A stretch of 64,000 bases of DNA from an uncultured delta proteobacterium (GTDB taxonomy: Bacteria; Desulfobacterota; Desulfuromonadia; Geobacterales; DSM-12255), in contig CAWBBV010000006.1 in NCBI GenBank assembly GCA_963787125.1, forward strand, positions 96,001 to 160,000. The letters are read 5' to 3'. Shown one piece after another: positions 60,332-64,000 of this stretch (positions are counted from its first letter, which is position 1; each line of letters opens with the position of its first letter). A program made the position numbers and the translations under genes. The notes beneath the pieces are model-generated. The model made no database searches. It saw only the letters and a program-made list of their open reading frames with translations, and had not been told where the DNA came from.

Positions 60332-62572
60332 ATGAATATCATACAAAATATGTATTTTAACTTAACCCCCTACATAATTTTGCCACTCCTCTCAGCCTTG
60401 ATAAATGCCATACTGGCAGGGATTGCACTTCGTGAGAGGAAAGTTGCCGCTGCTACCCCAATCTTCTGGATGACACTCAGCCTTTGTATCTGGTCTTTGG
60501 CATTTTCCATCGAAACCGCATCCAACGTTTTAGAACTTAAAATTATCTGCCGTAAAATCGTGGCAACATCCAACTGCCTCATTGCCCCTGCCCTGATCGC
60601 ACTTGCCCTGGAAGTAACCAGCCTCAAAAATTTACTAACCAGACGTCTTATTCTACTCCTCAGCGTAATCCCGCTACTGTCAACACTGCTTTTGTGGACG
60701 AGTGACCTGCACAACCTGCAACTCTACAGCTTCCATACTCACCGTAGCGGGGCACTACAACTGCTTGACTATGCCCAGGGAAATTTTTTCACCCTGGGGC
60801 ACTATTATTACATTCTGGCCCTCTATTTCATAGCCATCGCCATCTTCTTTTCCGGCTACTGGCGCTCGCCCCGCAGTGAATGGATTCGCTTTACCTACCT
60901 TATCAGCGCAGCACTTATTCCCCTTTTGATTGAAGTTTTCAAGATAACTCCGCTTGAGGGTTTTAACTTCACCTCCTCAACTTTTTTTATCTCGGGAGCT
61001 TTATACTTTACCGCAATATTCCGTTACCGATTGCTTGACCTCGTCCCGATTGCCCGCGAAACGCTCATTGAGCTAATGGCTGATCCGGTTATCGTTGTTG
61101 ATCGCTATGGCCAGGTTGCTCTGGCCAATCAGGCCGCGCGGACAATGTTCATGCTCCCCAAAGACCCGACCGGCGTTTCATTCGCGTTATTGGAAAATCA
61201 CTACCCGCTCATCGCGGAATTTATTTCTGATCTTGCTGATCATGGTGAAGAATGCATCTTAAAGGATGGGCCGGAGCAACGTTCCTGGCAATTCATCAAG
61301 AGCCCCATAGCGCCGCAGGGCGTTCATCAAGGCTGGATAATCACCCTGAAAGACATCACCACGCTCCGAAGCGCCAACGAAGCTCTCCAGAAAAGTAATG
61401 AGCTTCTCACCACACTGTCGCTGGCAGTGGAGCAGAGTCCAATTTCCATAGTCATCACCGACTTGAATGGCAATATTGAGTTTGTTAACCCGACATTTAC
61501 CCAGGTAACCGGCTATAGTCAGGAAGAAGCATTCGGACTTAATCCACGCATTCTCAAGACTGAGCTAACCTCGCCGGAACTGCACAAGAACCTCTGGGAA
61601 ACCATAATTGTCGGCAGGATTTGGGAAGGCGAACTCATTAACAAAAAGAAAAACGGAGAAGTTTTTACCGAGCAGGCAAAAATAGCACCTATTAAGGACA
61701 GAAAAGGAAACATCCGACATTATATCGCCTTCAAAGAAGATATAACGGCGCGAAAACTGGTTGAAAAAGAACTTAATCAACTCAACACATCCCTGTTGGG
61801 ACGGATAGACGAAGAGTCAAGGCGGCGGATGGAGCAGGAACGCTTACTGGCAAATCAGGCCCGGCTGGTAGCCATGGGCGAGATGATCGGTGCTATTGCC
61901 CATCAGTGGCGGCAACCTCTTGCCACCCTGGCGATGATTGTCCAGCGGATGCATGCTGTCGGTACCATGCAGAAGTTGACTGTTGAACAGCTCACTGAGT
62001 TCAAAGATAATGCCATGCGACAGATAAAATATATGTCTGACACAATTGAAGAATTTCGCAGCTTTTACAGTAAAGACAAACATACTGAAAAATTCTCTCC
62101 CTACACCTGCATAACTAATGCAGTGCGGCTCTTTGAGCCTCAGTTTTCCGGCAGCAACATCAAGGTAGAGATAAATGCGGCAAACACTTTCGATCTGCAA
62201 GTCATGGGCTTTCCCAACGAATTCAAACAGGTTGTTCTCAATCTGCTCGGCAACTCTCGTGATGCAATTGCCGAGTCCCGCACAACTGCGGGAAGGCCAC
62301 AGAATGGGCGCATCGTCATAGACATCTCCATACCGGCTGATAATCTGATGCAAATTGACGTTAGAGACAACGGCGGCGGCATTCCGGATACGATCGCCAA
62401 TCGAATATTCGACCCCTATTTTACCACCAAGGAAGACCGTGGCGGTACCGGCATCGGCCTCTACATGTCGCGCATGATCATGCAGGAAAGCCTTGGCGGT
62501 TCGCTCAGGCTCATTAAAACAAAAGAGGGCGCCGTCTTCAGGATAAAACTGCCGCTGGGAGAATTAACATGA
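60332..62572 (+). CDS. Sensor histidine kinase (7TM N-terminus, two PAS domains)
   Basis: ~7 TM ending in FRYRLLDLVPIARE; PAS (AVEQSPISIVITD..WEGELINKKKNG); H-box AHQWRQPL; DNGGGI, FTTK, GTGIGL. Confidence 0.92.
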   Translation: MNIIQNMYFNLTPYIILPLLSALINAILAGIALRERKVAAATPIFWMTLSLCIWSLAFSIETASNVLELKIICRKIVATSNCLIAPALIALALEVTSLKNLLTRRLILLLSVIPLLSTLLLWTSDLHNLQLYSFHTHRSGALQLLDYAQGNFFTLGHYYYILALYFIAIAIFFSGYWRSPRSEWIRFTYLISAALIPLLIEVFKITPLEGFNFTSSTFFISGALYFTAIFRYRLLDLVPIARETLIELMADPVIVVDRYGQVALANQAARTMFMLPKDPTGVSFALLENHYPLIAEFISDLADHGEECILKDGPEQRSWQFIKSPIAPQGVHQGWIITLKDITTLRSANEALQKSNELLTTLSLAVEQSPISIVITDLNGNIEFVNPTFTQVTGYSQEEAFGLNPRILKTELTSPELHKNLWETIIVGRIWEGELINKKKNGEVFTEQAKIAPIKDRKGNIRHYIAFKEDITARKLVEKELNQLNTSLLGRIDEESRRRMEQERLLANQARLVAMGEMIGAIAHQWRQPLATLAMIVQRMHAVGTMQKLTVEQLTEFKDNAMRQIKYMSDTIEEFRSFYSKDKHTEKFSPYTCITNAVRLFEPQFSGSNIKVEINAANTFDLQVMGFPNEFKQVVLNLLGNSRDAIAESRTTAGRPQNGRIVIDISIPADNLMQIDVRDNGGGIPDTIANRIFDPYFTTKEDRGGTGIGLYMSRMIMQESLGGSLRLIKTKEGAVFRIKLPLGELT

Positions 62573-63950
62573 ACGATCTGAAACAACTGAGCATACTGCT
62601 GGCTGAAGATGAGGACGAACTGCGTCGGGAGACCGCCGCCTTTTTAGAACTCTACTGCGGTAAAGTCTATCAGGCGGCAAATGGTCGTGAAGCGCTGCAA
62701 CTCTTTGAGCAGAACAGGCCGGATCTGGTTATCAGTGACATCAGAATGCCGGTCATGGATGGACTTGAACTTGCTACCAAACTGAAAAACCTTGCGCCGG
62801 AAACACCTTTCATCTTCTGTACCGCCTTCTCCGAAACTGTTTACCTGCTGAAAGCCATTGAGCTTGGTGTAGCGGCCTTTATCCGCAAGCCGGTAGATAC
62901 TGATCAGCTCCTGGACATAATCTCCAAAGCGGCGCTACCGACACTCCAACGCCGGGAAATCAGGGAGCTTTCCGAAGAATTGATAACGTCAATAGCCGCT
63001 CAGCTTGGCGGTGGTACCGCGCAGGAAGCTGTTGCCACACAGGCTGCCAGGGTAGCGCAAAGCCCGTTTTCCATTCTTCTCCAGGGTGAAACCGGCACCG
63101 GCAAATCCCGCCTGGCAGGTATCATTCACTCTCTTAGTCAAAGACGTAAGGGCCCGTTTGTCACGGTACAACTGGGCGCAACTCCTGAACAGCTGGTGGA
63201 AAGCGAGCTTTTCGGTCATATCAAAGGATCATTTACCGGCGCTGATCGCACCAGAACCGGCTTGATCGAAACAGCCGCCGGTGGCACCCTTTTTCTCGAC
63301 GACATCGAAACCACTCCAGCCGCAGTACAAGCTAAACTTCTCCGGTGCGTCGAGGAAAAACGCTTTACCCCGGTTGGCAGCAGTAGTGAAAAAATTGCTG
63401 ATGTCCGCATCATTGCCTCCAGCAATCGGAACCTCAAAGAGTTGGCCCTTAACAGGCTGTTTCGCGAAGACCTGTACTACCGCCTGGCAGACTTTACCCT
63501 CCGACTCCCGCCGTTACGGGAGATGCCCGAGAGTGTTCTGCCGATGGCTCTTACTTTTCTGCGTGATACCTGTGGCGAACTGGAAAGAGATGTCCCTCTC
63601 ATTGACGACGCCGCAGCCTTTCTCCTTACAACCATGCCGTGGCCCGGCAACATTCGCCAACTCAAAAGCGTCATCCGGCAAGCCGCCCTCTCAGCCGGAG
63701 ATATCCTGACTTCAGCTGATATTGCCGTTGATATTGATTTCCATGCCGCGCTCAATACTTCTCCCCCCCCTCCGACCTCGCCACCCCGCCACCCTTTCCC
63801 TGTGAAATGGACGTCCTTGAAAAATGGTCACTGGAGCAGGCGCTGCTTTTCTGTGGCGGCAAAAGAATGAAAACTGCCACCATGCTCGGGATGAATTACT
63901 ACACCTTCCGCAGACGCCTGGAAAAACATGGCATTGCTGAGAGTGAGTGA
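62569..63950 (+). pseudogene. Sigma54-dependent response regulator (REC-AAA+-Fis HTH), frameshifted near the C8 tract 63763-63770
   Basis: REC (AEDE, SDIRMP), GETGTGKS, ESELFGH.KGSFTGA, FREDLYYRL, WPGNIRQL; the HTH EKWSLEQALLFCGGKRMKTATMLGMNYYTFRRRLEKHG is in the -1 frame and ends at TGA 63950. Confidence 0.85.
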
Positions 63951-64000
63951 AAAAACCTCACCAATCTGCTGAGTCAATGAAATGGGGACTTGAGACGAAC

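Noticed and set aside
1..64000. CRISPR arrays, tRNA/rRNA genes, c-di-GMP (GEMM) riboswitch, ops/JUMPstart element
   Set aside because: None recognised in the intergenic regions by eye; a covariance-model search would be needed to exclude them

Overview
Bacterial chromosomal window. Gene content and protein style suggest Geobacteraceae/Desulfuromonadia (inference). Left to right: (i) the 5' part of a complex I operon on the minus strand (nuoA, fused nuoBCD, nuoE, nuoF, nuoG, partial nuoH); (ii) cydDC; (iii) a ~30 kb minus-strand Wzx/Wzy surface-polysaccharide locus (fcl, gmd, Wza/SLBB, Wzz, rmlB-rmlA-[MNT-HEPN fusion]-rmlC with no rmlD, fdt genes, wzx, EpsG-type wzy, glycosyltransferases, priming transferase, CapD-like dehydratase). 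This locus also holds a relic of an older priming transferase and a secreted tailspike-like beta-helix gene split by an intact IS630; (iv) housekeeping genes (DegT aminotransferase, yhbY, ferredoxin, dgt, fba, rsmD, coaD, aminotransferase, a deletion scar with a GIY-YIG remnant, peptide-binding lipoprotein, TPR protein, ppiD-like, purC, TatD-radical SAM fusion, DUF512, hfq, miaA); (v) a 7TM-PAS histidine kinase and a sigma54 activator whose HTH is out of frame at a C8 tract. The best candidate for a new system is a gene between miaA and hfq that encodes three tandem MshEN-like (c-di-GMP receptor) domains fused to an internal lipoprotein-like signal and an extracytoplasmic beta-rich domain. All calls come from reading motifs by eye; no database searches were run.
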